The notes below the pieces were generated by a model that saw nothing but the letters and a program-made list of their open reading frames with translations, had not been told where the DNA came from and ran no database searches. A DNA stretch of 64,000 nt from positions 5,428 to 69,427 of the IMG/VR virus record IMGVR_UViG_3300031578_000010. One strand, 5' to 3'. Positions 8,107 to 17,066 of this stretch are shown one piece after another (position 1 is the first letter of the stretch; every line of letters begins with the position of its first letter). Origin of the DNA: a virus. The translations under genes and the position numbers were made by a program.

Positions 8107-11100
8107 CTAAGTTTTGCGCCGGACTCGCGTTCCAAAACCTCCAATTGAATAGCCCGTTACTTTCCCATCCTTTATTTCTTTCCAGACATCATCCGAAATA
8201 ACACGAGTTCCAAGTATCCAACTTCCTTTTTTAACCGTTTGAGTCCCTAATAAAAACTCTGTCGGTGCAATATAGCATTCCATTATTCTAAATTTCTTTT
8301 TAAAATCCTCATGTTGATATCCGATCTTCTGATGAAACTCCATAAAGCGATGGCAAGCCTTCGCTATTTCTTCTTCACTACAAACATCCCCTTGAGCATC
8401 AACAGTATTGGGTTCTAATACCACCCCATATACAGTTTTTTGGTCTTTATTAACCTTGAATATAGGCGAAAATATTTCAAACTTTTCCAACTCCTTTGTA
8501 ACAACAGGCTCGCCATAAGATGTGCGCTCAACATGATCAACAGTATCAGGTTTATTCACCTTATTTAATGCCGTGATAATAGGAATAAACCAAGCAACAT
8601 GTGTCTTGCCATCCTTATCATCAACAAATATTTCCGAAGCTGTTATAGTAACTATATCCCCTAACTTGCCTTGAAAATTAGTATTGAATGTCTGACCTAT
8701 TACTACATATAATTTTCCACCAAACTCCTTAACTTCAGTATATTTATCCTTATCGGCCATAGGAATAGGACCGATTCCACCTGTAAAATTCCAAGTTTTA
8801 TCGCTTCCTGCAACTTTGTGTTTATCAAGAATAATAGCGTTGATAATTCGTGGTATTTTATATTTTGCCCAAGATGATGTTCTGCCTCCTAAAGTATAAG
8901 TTGAATTCCAGAGTTTAAGAACCGCCCCTTCAGATCCCGGAAGTAACTTTGCCTTTTCTATCGCATCCCGCAACTCTTTTTCATTATTCGTTGTCCAATA
9001 CTGAGTCGGCTCGAGATGCTTGAATCCCTTTATTTCTTTTTCGACTTCCTGTGCAACTTCATAATATGGTTTCCTTAGCCAATCCTCATTATCCCAATAT
9101 AATATCCCAAAAACCCGACAAACTAAATTTGAATCATCCAAAGGTTTATCAGTCGCTGCCCATCTAACGAGCATTTTCCTATTAACGATATCATTCCTCT
9201 TATCATTTGTGTATTCTATTAATTCTGAATCAAGTATAAAATCTCCTTTTATTCCTTTTACTTCTTCTGAAATAGCCGGCATAGCAAAAGCCCTATCTTC
9301 CTGCTTATCTTCAAAGAATATTATTAACTTTGCATCCTTGCCATCCCCTTTCTTTTCAATTATGGTTCTATATCCATTCCATTTAGGATTGACTATAACC
9401 TTCCCTTTGCCATTAAATATGGTTTTTGCCCATTTTTCAACTAACACATCAACATCAAAAAACTCTCCAATATTAAATCCCCCTTTAGGCTTCAAAGGAA
9501 TAAATTTAACAAAGGGCGCAAACTTGGCCTTCATAGAAGGGAATATTTCTTCTTCGCTGACTGCCTTAGCCTGCGGAGATTTTTCCTTTTGATATTTTAA
9601 TTTCCAGAATTTAGAACCAGTCTCCTCCTGCTCCATTGTCCACAAACCTTTTATATGCTTTAAATCAACCTGAAATTTAATGAACCCCTCAGAATCCTCA
9701 AATATTGTCGCTTTGCCTTCATCGATCGTTTTTATCCACGAATACGTATTTTTTGTGCTATTTCCTAAAGTTCCAGGTTTAACTTCTCCATCAAGACCCA
9801 AGTATTTTTTATCCCTTATCTCCCTTACAGCAATTGATTCTATATTCTTTGTTGGGTCCTCCTCCATAACAAAAGAATCAAGTCCGCCTTTATCTTTAAG
9901 TTTAAAATAAAACGTCCACTCTTCCCTTGATGGCCCCACTCGAACAGTTGTTTGTCCCTTCCACATCTGATATTGAAAACTAAAATCCACCTCCTTTTTC
10001 CTAATATCTCTAACAGATAACATTATCTTTTTCTTCTCGACTCTCTTATATTCATTATTTATTATCTCTATGTTCTCTTCAGTAAAATATTTCTCAGAAA
10101 CTAAGGCATCTCGGATTTCCATTGCCTTAGCCCCCTTGCTTTCCCAAAAACGAAACTCCTTTGGCGTTTGTTGCATTAAAGACAATGGCATAGCAGAAAC
10201 GCCATTTGGAGGCATACTTTTAGTTTTAACTGATCTTTTATTAATGACGGATGGCAAAAAAGTCTTAGAAATAAACCCACGCCAAAACGTAGGGTTCTTT
10301 CCTGCTCTTTCATATCCTTCAGTTGATAATAACCTTAAATGTAGAGAACCGTTAAAATATTTCCCATTCGTAAGAAAATATTCATGATAATACGGCTTCT
10401 GAATTCCCCACTCTACACAATATTTTTTAGGATCCTCAATTATAACGAATATTCCAGGCTCATTAGCCGTCGCCCCAACTTCTCCGGGTTTCACAACTCC
10501 CTCGACGGCAATCCAATCAATAGGCTCCGGTTTCTTTGGCGTACACTGTAAACCTTTAGGAGCAAGAATAGGTTTTAAAAATTCGTTTCCGTTTCCCATA
10601 TCATAATTAGCAATTATCTTTCTGCCATCTGCAACAGTATTAATATCTTTAATCTTGCCGGGATATTGAAAGAATAAGGTCCAACCTATTAATTCCTTTG
10701 TGCCAATATCCATCCTTAAATCAGCATGAACAGTATCGCCTCGAAAATGTAGCTGGACTACTGCGCGTCTTTTTCCTGTTTCTTTAGGATAAAACATTAA
10801 TTCCGATTGCTTAATTATTCGATCATATATTTCAATATATAGAGGGTCTTCCTGTAACCCCTCTTCTGTTTCAATATAATCATTATCGTTAAATGATTCT
10901 CCCATTTTCACAACAGATAAATCATTATTAACCTGGAATAATAAATCACCCAAAGGTATATTATTAGTAAAGGGACCGTCGAAATCGTCAGACATTACGC
11001 TAATTCTTTTGCTTAATTCCTTCGGCAGCATCCTTCCAAGTCTAAACTCTACAACTTTCAACATCCCTGCTGGAATATCCCCTTTAACTAAAAAATCAAT

Positions 11101-11532
11101 ATCTCCTTCGGTTTCGCCATTATTAACCAACCCTCCCGTTAAATAAACAAAAGGCTGCCTTATCTTAAAAGATTTCAAGAGGGGCAGGACTTCGGATAGT
11201 TGTATTTTAGCCCCTATTTTATTTCCAGAAGAACTGATAGGCGCTAACTCTATAACCTCCTTTTTTATTTCCTCTTCCTCTGCCTTCTTCTGCGGTAATT
11301 TTCCAGGAAGAGAAGAGGCGTGTTTAAATCCTCGCGCTTTCATTTCGGCAACAACTAATTCATGGGCATTCCAGATATCCTCCAAGGAATAGACTAAATC
11401 CTTAGGCGACTTCCTTTTTAATGTCCAAAGGCTATGAAGGTGGCGATGTAGGTTGAGCAGAGCAGAGTCCTTTTCTTCCTTCAAGGACTTCACATTTATT
11501 TCAGCTATACTAAGTTTAATTAATGGTTCCAT
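8107..11532 (-). CDS. Multidomain polyprotein: nucleotidyltransferase-like + 2x LigD-type 3'-phosphoesterase + ATP-dependent ligase/OB + XkdF-like prohead protease
   Basis: GGLVNNGETEGDID (aa133-146); VVQLHFRGDTVHADLR (aa258-273); KWNGYR, ILDSE, EGAVLK, GRTSSWAKYK (aa717-892); VYGVVLEPNTVDAQGD...QHE...WKEIKDGKVTGYSIGG (aa1034-1132); located between MuF and scaffold. Confidence 0.85.
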   Translation of the reverse strand: MEPLIKLSIAEINVKSLKEEKDSALLNLHRHLHSLWTLKRKSPKDLVYSLEDIWNAHELVVAEMKARGFKHASSLPGKLPQKKAEEEEIKKEVIELAPISSSGNKIGAKIQLSEVLPLLKSFKIRQPFVYLTGGLVNNGETEGDIDFLVKGDIPAGMLKVVEFRLGRMLPKELSKRISVMSDDFDGPFTNNIPLGDLLFQVNNDLSVVKMGESFNDNDYIETEEGLQEDPLYIEIYDRIIKQSELMFYPKETGKRRAVVQLHFRGDTVHADLRMDIGTKELIGWTLFFQYPGKIKDINTVADGRKIIANYDMGNGNEFLKPILAPKGLQCTPKKPEPIDWIAVEGVVKPGEVGATANEPGIFVIIEDPKKYCVEWGIQKPYYHEYFLTNGKYFNGSLHLRLLSTEGYERAGKNPTFWRGFISKTFLPSVINKRSVKTKSMPPNGVSAMPLSLMQQTPKEFRFWESKGAKAMEIRDALVSEKYFTEENIEIINNEYKRVEKKKIMLSVRDIRKKEVDFSFQYQMWKGQTTVRVGPSREEWTFYFKLKDKGGLDSFVMEEDPTKNIESIAVREIRDKKYLGLDGEVKPGTLGNSTKNTYSWIKTIDEGKATIFEDSEGFIKFQVDLKHIKGLWTMEQEETGSKFWKLKYQKEKSPQAKAVSEEEIFPSMKAKFAPFVKFIPLKPKGGFNIGEFFDVDVLVEKWAKTIFNGKGKVIVNPKWNGYRTIIEKKGDGKDAKLIIFFEDKQEDRAFAMPAISEEVKGIKGDFILDSELIEYTNDKRNDIVNRKMLVRWAATDKPLDDSNLVCRVFGILYWDNEDWLRKPYYEVAQEVEKEIKGFKHLEPTQYWTTNNEKELRDAIEKAKLLPGSEGAVLKLWNSTYTLGGRTSSWAKYKIPRIINAIILDKHKVAGSDKTWNFTGGIGPIPMADKDKYTEVKEFGGKLYVVIGQTFNTNFQGKLGDIVTITASEIFVDDKDGKTHVAWFIPIITALNKVNKPDTVDHVERTSYGEPVVTKELEKFEIFSPIFKVNKDQKTVYGVVLEPNTVDAQGDVCSEEEIAKACHRFMEFHQKIGYQHEDFKKKFRIMECYIAPTEFLLGTQTVKKGSWILGTRVISDDVWKEIKDGKVTGYSIGGFGTRVRRKT

Positions 11533-11538
11533 TTTTAA

Positions 11539-11853
11539 TTATTCCTTCGGAGCGGCCTTCTTCGGAACGAGATCCTTGACCCTAAAATTAATTCGATGCT
11601 TATGGCTTTCATCCGAAGAAGTGAAGCCCAAGATATCCCCGCCCACGACAGGAAGATCGACTTTGTGAACATGCCCGTTAACCCGCTCCGTTCTTCCTGT
11701 TATTTTCTCCTTGGAAATGATGAGAGAAATCCTGTGCTGATGGCCAGCCATGATATTGGAAAAGAACTCCGCTCGCGGCGCCTTTTTCTCGATGCCGCAG
11801 AAATCGTCCATTTCCTCTCTTGAAGCGTTCAACCTTTTCGCGATGGGTTCCAT
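11539..11853 (-). CDS. Small HxH-repeat (YmaF-like) head-module protein
   Basis: GHQHRI, GHVHKV, SHKHRI repeats in 104 aa. Confidence 0.7.
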   Translation of the reverse strand: MEPIAKRLNASREEMDDFCGIEKKAPRAEFFSNIMAGHQHRISLIISKEKITGRTERVNGHVHKVDLPVVGGDILGFTSSDESHKHRINFRVKDLVPKKAAPKE

Positions 11854-11896
11854 TTCTTCCTCCTCGGTTTACAGTCCTGCAAACTAATTTTAATAT

Positions 11897-13093
11897 TTAA
11901 ACCCCTTGGGCCTCTTCCCAATCTTGTATTTTGACATCTTCTTCTGAAATAACGACTGAAGACCTGCAATGCGCGTGAAAAGGAGGCAGCGCCGGAGGAT
12001 TTCCTCCTCGCGGGGCCGTCTCAACCACTTCCTGAGATGTTATTTTCTTTGCAGGTTTAAACCCCTTATCCGTTGCCTTAAATGTTGAATTAGGAAGATA
12101 TATTTTTTCGCCTTTAGGCCCTCCATAGAACAAGGCGGGTTTCCCTTGCTCGGCTCTTACAGAATCAAAATTTAACCAAGGACGCAAAGCCTTAAAGGCA
12201 TTTATATCACTATCAGATCTTGAATCCGGAATGCCATTTTCTTGGATATCTTTGACTATTTTCCTAGCCAATTCAACTTCAAAAACCATCCCATCCATTG
12301 CTTCGCATATCTCACTCGTTCTTTCGTCCATCACTGCTATAATTTCATATTTTCTAATTCTTGCCTCTTCAAATGCTGTAACCTGAGCAAAATTTCTTGC
12401 TCTATTGATAACATCGCTTGCTAATATGCTTAAATAAGTATTTCCTCTCTGTGCAAGAACAGAAGGAAGTTCTTCTCGCATCAAAGAAGCTAAAGCGCTT
12501 TTTGGCAAATTCTCTTGAACTATCCGAGACGCCAAAGTATTAACAGAGCCTATTAAAGTTTTATCGTATATTCCACTTATAAAAAAGTTATTATTATTGT
12601 TTAAAATGTTTATTACGGCCTTATCTTGTTGAGTCAATCCCGCCTTTATAGATCGTTTTAATTTCTTAGCAGCAAGGGCTACAACCTTTTTGGTTGCCAC
12701 TATCTGGTTTTTTAAAGCCTGTTTAATAGACTTTGTTGCCTGCAAAGCAACAGATGGGCCAAGTTCCTTTTTCAATGTATTATGTAATTTGTTGAGGGCT
12801 TTCTCATTTATCCTATAATTTCCAGGTTTGCCAGATATTCCATTCTTAATAAAGGAAGCAATAGCCGATCCACTTTTGACTTTAGTTTTTATTTTAAAAG
12901 CAAAAGCGCTTCGCATAGCCTTAAATGCTTTTAATTCATTTACACCCGGATGATCCGGGCCGGTGCCTATTGTTATCCCGAATCCTTGTTTCCTTACTCC
13001 GCCCAGCCTGATAATTATTTCCTGAACTATCTTCTGACTTCTTATCAGGTTTTCAAGCGAAGTATTCTTAAATATTTTATATTTCAAGGTCAT
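11897..13093 (-). CDS. MuF / SPP1 gp7-like minor head (head morphogenesis) protein
   Basis: YEIIAVMDERTSEICEAMDG and PPALPPFHAHCRS motifs; follows portal; start moved to ATG 13093 (SD GGGGAG). Confidence 0.9.
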   Translation of the reverse strand: MTLKYKIFKNTSLENLIRSQKIVQEIIIRLGGVRKQGFGITIGTGPDHPGVNELKAFKAMRSAFAFKIKTKVKSGSAIASFIKNGISGKPGNYRINEKALNKLHNTLKKELGPSVALQATKSIKQALKNQIVATKKVVALAAKKLKRSIKAGLTQQDKAVINILNNNNNFFISGIYDKTLIGSVNTLASRIVQENLPKSALASLMREELPSVLAQRGNTYLSILASDVINRARNFAQVTAFEEARIRKYEIIAVMDERTSEICEAMDGMVFEVELARKIVKDIQENGIPDSRSDSDINAFKALRPWLNFDSVRAEQGKPALFYGGPKGEKIYLPNSTFKATDKGFKPAKKITSQEVVETAPRGGNPPALPPFHAHCRSSVVISEEDVKIQDWEEAQGV

Positions 13094-14633
13094 AGAGACT
13101 CTCCCCAATATCCTGCCTTTCGCCGATAGCCTTTTCAAGAGTATTGTTTAAACTCATGAGGGAATCTATTATAGAAGAATCCTTTGCTCTATCCGCAGGA
13201 ACTTTCATTCCTTGCATAACCAGAGGCAACGGCATATCCGCCCAATTTTCTGTAAATCTTGGCTTGCCTAAATAATCTCGGATATCGTTAGGAGTTATCC
13301 CTCCTGTCCTTTCCATTTTCTTATATATCGTAGCCAATCCTTCGAAGTCTGTTTTCTTCGGTCGAACCAATTTAAGCCATAATATTTTAATTCCCATAGC
13401 CCTCATCAGTGTTTTATTTAATATAAATTCTATTTCAGCAATATCCGGTTCAAAAGTCTGGTCATTCGTTATTGATCTTCCTACGCTTCCTCCTGCCCGC
13501 GTGATATCAGAAGCAAAGAAAACAGGATGTAACCCGAATACCTCCGATATTTCCCCATCATTTCTATCCTGATACTTTAAATAACCTGCATCCTCAGCAA
13601 TGCCAACAGTAAGTTTATGGAACTCTATTTTGACATCTTCTTTTTCTGTCATTGACCCTTCGCGGGTTCCCGCCTGAATAATCATTATTCTGCCGGTATT
13701 TTTTGTTCCCTTTCCTTTTCGTTCCAGGAATTCTTTTATATCTTCTCGGCTTTCCTTCGATAGCCTATATGGACCGCTCACCACTATTGCAATTCTTGGA
13801 GTTGCATCATTCTCAAAGAATGTAGAATTTCTTTCTCCCGCAAATCTGCTGCCCGCAATAGCTGGCGCAGTTGATAGATGTCTCGGAATTCCATAAGATG
13901 ATTCCCTATATCCTGCAACTTTAAAATGTATTAATTCCCGGGCTATTAGTTCTGGCTTAGTTAATCCCGAGGTTTTAATTCCTGTATTTTTATCTACAAC
14001 ATCTTTATCGCCCCAATCCTTAAAATGAGTTACCTTCCTATTTTTATCTATTGCAACAAACCCGCCTTTCTTCTTTATCCTGACCGTTTGTCCGACAATT
14101 CGTTCAAGACCAATAGGAAGATAGTCGCCATCCTTTGTTGTTTTAGTTAAAGACCTATGAACAGCGAGATAGCCATTTCCTATAACTTCTCGATCGCCGA
14201 TTACTTCTTTAAGAATAACTGAAAAAGGCATAGTAGGATGAGGATCATCAAGGAAATCTTCTATTAACTGTGACTCATCCTCGATATTCCGTTTAAGTTC
14301 TTCCAGTTGTTTCTTTTCATCCTCCGTCATTTCTTTTCTTGAACGTTCTATAATCCTTTTATATCTCTTTTTTGGTTCTAATTCATAACCAAGGCCAGCA
14401 GCATTAGTTGCACGTATTTGAACACAAGCAGCCAACCTTGTGGATATTTCAGGAGCAATAGCCCAATCATCTATTGAGAAGGGCGGTTTCTCTAATTCCA
14501 TTCCGCCCAACGAATAGAAGGTAACTGAAACAGAATTCCCGCCATCAAGGCGCTTTCCAAGCGGCGCGCCTTTCTGCAAAGGCTCGTCAATAAAAACATC
14601 CACTTCGATAGGGCTTTGTTTTTTCTTTACCAT
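13077..14633 (-). CDS. Portal protein (PBSX/HK97-type)
   Basis: 518 aa; RELIHFK...YGIPRHL, NSTFFENDATP, ISEVFGLHPVF, ITPNDIRDYLG. Confidence 0.92.
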   Translation of the reverse strand: MVKKKQSPIEVDVFIDEPLQKGAPLGKRLDGGNSVSVTFYSLGGMELEKPPFSIDDWAIAPEISTRLAACVQIRATNAAGLGYELEPKKRYKRIIERSRKEMTEDEKKQLEELKRNIEDESQLIEDFLDDPHPTMPFSVILKEVIGDREVIGNGYLAVHRSLTKTTKDGDYLPIGLERIVGQTVRIKKKGGFVAIDKNRKVTHFKDWGDKDVVDKNTGIKTSGLTKPELIARELIHFKVAGYRESSYGIPRHLSTAPAIAGSRFAGERNSTFFENDATPRIAIVVSGPYRLSKESREDIKEFLERKGKGTKNTGRIMIIQAGTREGSMTEKEDVKIEFHKLTVGIAEDAGYLKYQDRNDGEISEVFGLHPVFFASDITRAGGSVGRSITNDQTFEPDIAEIEFILNKTLMRAMGIKILWLKLVRPKKTDFEGLATIYKKMERTGGITPNDIRDYLGKPRFTENWADMPLPLVMQGMKVPADRAKDSSIIDSLMSLNNTLEKAIGERQDIGESLYDLEI

Positions 14634-14634
14634 G

Positions 14635-15081
14635 TTATCCGCCAGAAAGCTTTTTAGAAAATCGTTCTAACAGATCAGAAGGTTTATTATCCTGTTTTAT
14701 TTTCTTAACAAAAGAAGGTTCCTGAGCAACCTCTTTATCGGCCTTGCCAAGCCTTTCACGATATTTCTGTATTTTATTCTTAAATGTTGGATTAGGCGGG
14801 GCAGGAAGGAATATTTCTTCTCTGGCTTCCTCCTGTTCCTTCTTCATAGGTTTTTCATTCCCCACTTCTTCTATTAGTGCCTCTTTTATATCGTCTTCAG
14901 ATAAATCAGGAATCCAATCATCAAGCCGTCTCACCATTGGATTCTGAACTTCATTTGTTCCAGAACCTGCCCGTCTTTGCATAAAAGCAAGTTCAAAAGG
15001 ATCTGCTTCACTAACAGGTTTATCCACCTGTTTTTCTTGATCCTTTTTAATATTCTTTCCTTTATTCCTTTTCTTTCCCAT
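14635..15081 (-). CDS. Hypothetical charged protein
   Basis: 148 aa ORF abutting portal start. Confidence 0.65.
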   Translation of the reverse strand: MGKKRNKGKNIKKDQEKQVDKPVSEADPFELAFMQRRAGSGTNEVQNPMVRRLDDWIPDLSEDDIKEALIEEVGNEKPMKKEQEEAREEIFLPAPPNPTFKNKIQKYRERLGKADKEVAQEPSFVKKIKQDNKPSDLLERFSKKLSGG

Positions 15082-15082
15082 T

Positions 15083-15316
15083 TCATCCTCCGAATTGTTC
15101 TTTGATTGAAACGGTCGCCGCTTTATGGGGTTTTCCCGTTAATACTTCATAGAAATCCGCAAGCGATATATTATCCGGCACCTCCTCGCACTTCATAACC
15201 ACAGCTATCCAAAATGCAAGGGAGCCATAGGAGATCTCGAAGTTGCCCGATTCTTCTAACTTATCGAGAACTTCCTTGGCATTATTTAAATTATACTCGA
15301 AATTAGGATTATCCAC
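15083..15316 (-). CDS. Hypothetical protein
   Basis: 77 aa, tight operon packing. Confidence 0.6.
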   Translation of the reverse strand: MDNPNFEYNLNNAKEVLDKLEESGNFEISYGSLAFWIAVVMKCEEVPDNISLADFYEVLTGKPHKAATVSIKEQFGG

Positions 15317-15435
15317 TATTTTATCCTCAGCTTTTCTTTACAACTTGGACATTCAATCCATTTTGCCTTATCGGGAATAAAGCCATGAAACTCCGTCCCG
15401 CATTTCTTACATAGAAATTTCTCGACATGTGCCAT
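15316..15435 (-). CDS. Small zinc-ribbon protein
   Basis: 39 aa from ATG 15435 (SD AAAGGA); CKKC...CPSC. Confidence 0.55.
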   Translation of the reverse strand: MAHVEKFLCKKCGTEFHGFIPDKAKWIECPSCKEKLRIK

Positions 15436-15527
15436 AATACAATCCTTTCCAAACATCAAAATAAAGCAACTTAGAAATTCACCAAAGGAATAGCCAGACA
15501 ATGATAGCGCCGGGTTCGTGCCGATAT

Positions 15528-16595
15528 TTAAGCCAACTTCATAATATGAACCCTTGTACTTTCCAAACCAGTGTTTATTGCTTTTGCCCCGCCTGTATTT
15601 TGGTAGCCGTAAATATAAACCACTTCATCTACTGGTAAATAAAGTATTGCAGTGACCATCGGATTAATTATTTCCTGATTAGTCCCAATATCTGCCGCGT
15701 ACCCAATTCCCTGCCCGACATTATATCCATCGACATTAATTGCGATACTATAAAGAACGTCGGGCGCAACATCGCTTATTCTAAAAGCAGCGCTCACCAA
15801 ATAATAACCCGCCTTTGTTACGGTGAAACCGCTGGTGCCTGTATCAAATTCTCCTTGAATATCAAATACTTCCGTATCAAAAGGAATTTTAGTCCAGCTG
15901 GCGTTAGGCATATCCCATGCTGCGTTCCTGTAGGCAGAACACCCGCTTTGCTTCGGGAAATCTACAATTCCCCCATCATATATTTTCATTACCTGAGTTC
16001 CGCCGTCTTGGACATCCACGCTATCAGCGGCGGCAGTTTGATTTACTGTGAGCTTCTTAAAAGCAGGTGAATCCGTCCCGACTAATCCCGTCCCGCTTCG
16101 CTTCAGGATATCGCCGTCCGCGACTGCCCCGACCAGTAGGTCGGTGGGACCCGTAGTCGTCCTCAGTCTTTTTGCAACCGCTTCCAAGAGATCAGTCGAA
16201 GCAAAGGGGTCGGTTCCTCCGCTCTTGTGCGAATCCTTATGCGCCAATGGGGTTCTCGACGATCCTTGATCGTCAAGCGTTGCGTTGGAAACTAAAGCAT
16301 TTAATTCAGCCAGTGTCGCCGACGAATGGTCAGACCCACCAAGAGCATGGGGGGAGAGAGAAAATCCACCGAGCGCTGAATCTATTCCGCCAAGGTGGTC
16401 ATCGACAATCTGATTCCCGCCCCCGCCAAGTATATAATTGATGGGCGAGTGTGTCGTGCGCCCGTACTGCCCCACGTTGAGCCTCGAACCGCCAGTCAAC
16501 GCTTCAATCAGGGTGGCGAGAAGGCTCCCGTCCGCGTCTGCGGCATTACAGTTCATTAGGGAGCCGTCTTTAATTTTGACAAGAGCCTCAGCCAT
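15528..16595 (-). CDS. Virion fibre protein with C-terminal C1q/TNF-like beta-sandwich
   Basis: C-terminal WTKIPFDTEVFDIQGEFDTGTSGFTVTKAGYYLVSA; His-rich fibre motifs; start moved to ATG 16595 (SD AGAGG). Confidence 0.7.
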   Translation of the reverse strand: MAEALVKIKDGSLMNCNAADADGSLLATLIEALTGGSRLNVGQYGRTTHSPINYILGGGGNQIVDDHLGGIDSALGGFSLSPHALGGSDHSSATLAELNALVSNATLDDQGSSRTPLAHKDSHKSGGTDPFASTDLLEAVAKRLRTTTGPTDLLVGAVADGDILKRSGTGLVGTDSPAFKKLTVNQTAAADSVDVQDGGTQVMKIYDGGIVDFPKQSGCSAYRNAAWDMPNASWTKIPFDTEVFDIQGEFDTGTSGFTVTKAGYYLVSAAFRISDVAPDVLYSIAINVDGYNVGQGIGYAADIGTNQEIINPMVTAILYLPVDEVVYIYGYQNTGGAKAINTGLESTRVHIMKLA

Positions 16596-17037
16596 TCTTA
16601 TTCCTCTTTCTGGCTGTGCCCTTTGGTGCCACGAACATGCGCCCACCTTCGATCAGAACTTCCTCGTCCTCGCCAACGCCCAACCGCTGAAGAAGAATCC
16701 TATTCTCGCGGAACAAATCCTGCTCCTCGCGAGTCACCACGATCTCCTTCAAGTCGGCGGTCTCGCGTCTTAGCACGAGGATTTCCTCGTCCTTGCGGGC
16801 TACTACTCGCTTGAGCATGACGATATTTTTCTTTTCGCCGATCAGTTCCTCTTGCAGCAGCGCAAACTTATACTGGAGGGCCTGTATTGAATCCAGAGGC
16901 CGCACCGTCGGCGACGGCTCCCGTTTAGGGACGTTGGCCTCCTCCTTCACGATTGTTGGAGGATAAGAAAGAGAAGCATCAGATAATACCTTTTCCGCTG
17001 GCTTCTTCTCGCCTCTACGTGTTCTCTTTGTTCCCAT
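16588..17037 (-). CDS. Coiled-coil protein (possible fibre chaperone)
   Basis: 149 aa with heptad-rich centre, between two fibre genes. Confidence 0.6.
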   Translation of the reverse strand: MGTKRTRRGEKKPAEKVLSDASLSYPPTIVKEEANVPKREPSPTVRPLDSIQALQYKFALLQEELIGEKKNIVMLKRVVARKDEEILVLRRETADLKEIVVTREEQDLFRENRILLQRLGVGEDEEVLIEGGRMFVAPKGTARKRNKNG

Positions 17038-17066
17038 GGAAAACTCCTTACCAAGGTCAAGTCCCC

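Noticed and set aside
6146-8201. Several long plus-strand ORFs opposite MCP and scaffold
   Set aside because: Antisense shadows of well-supported minus-strand genes
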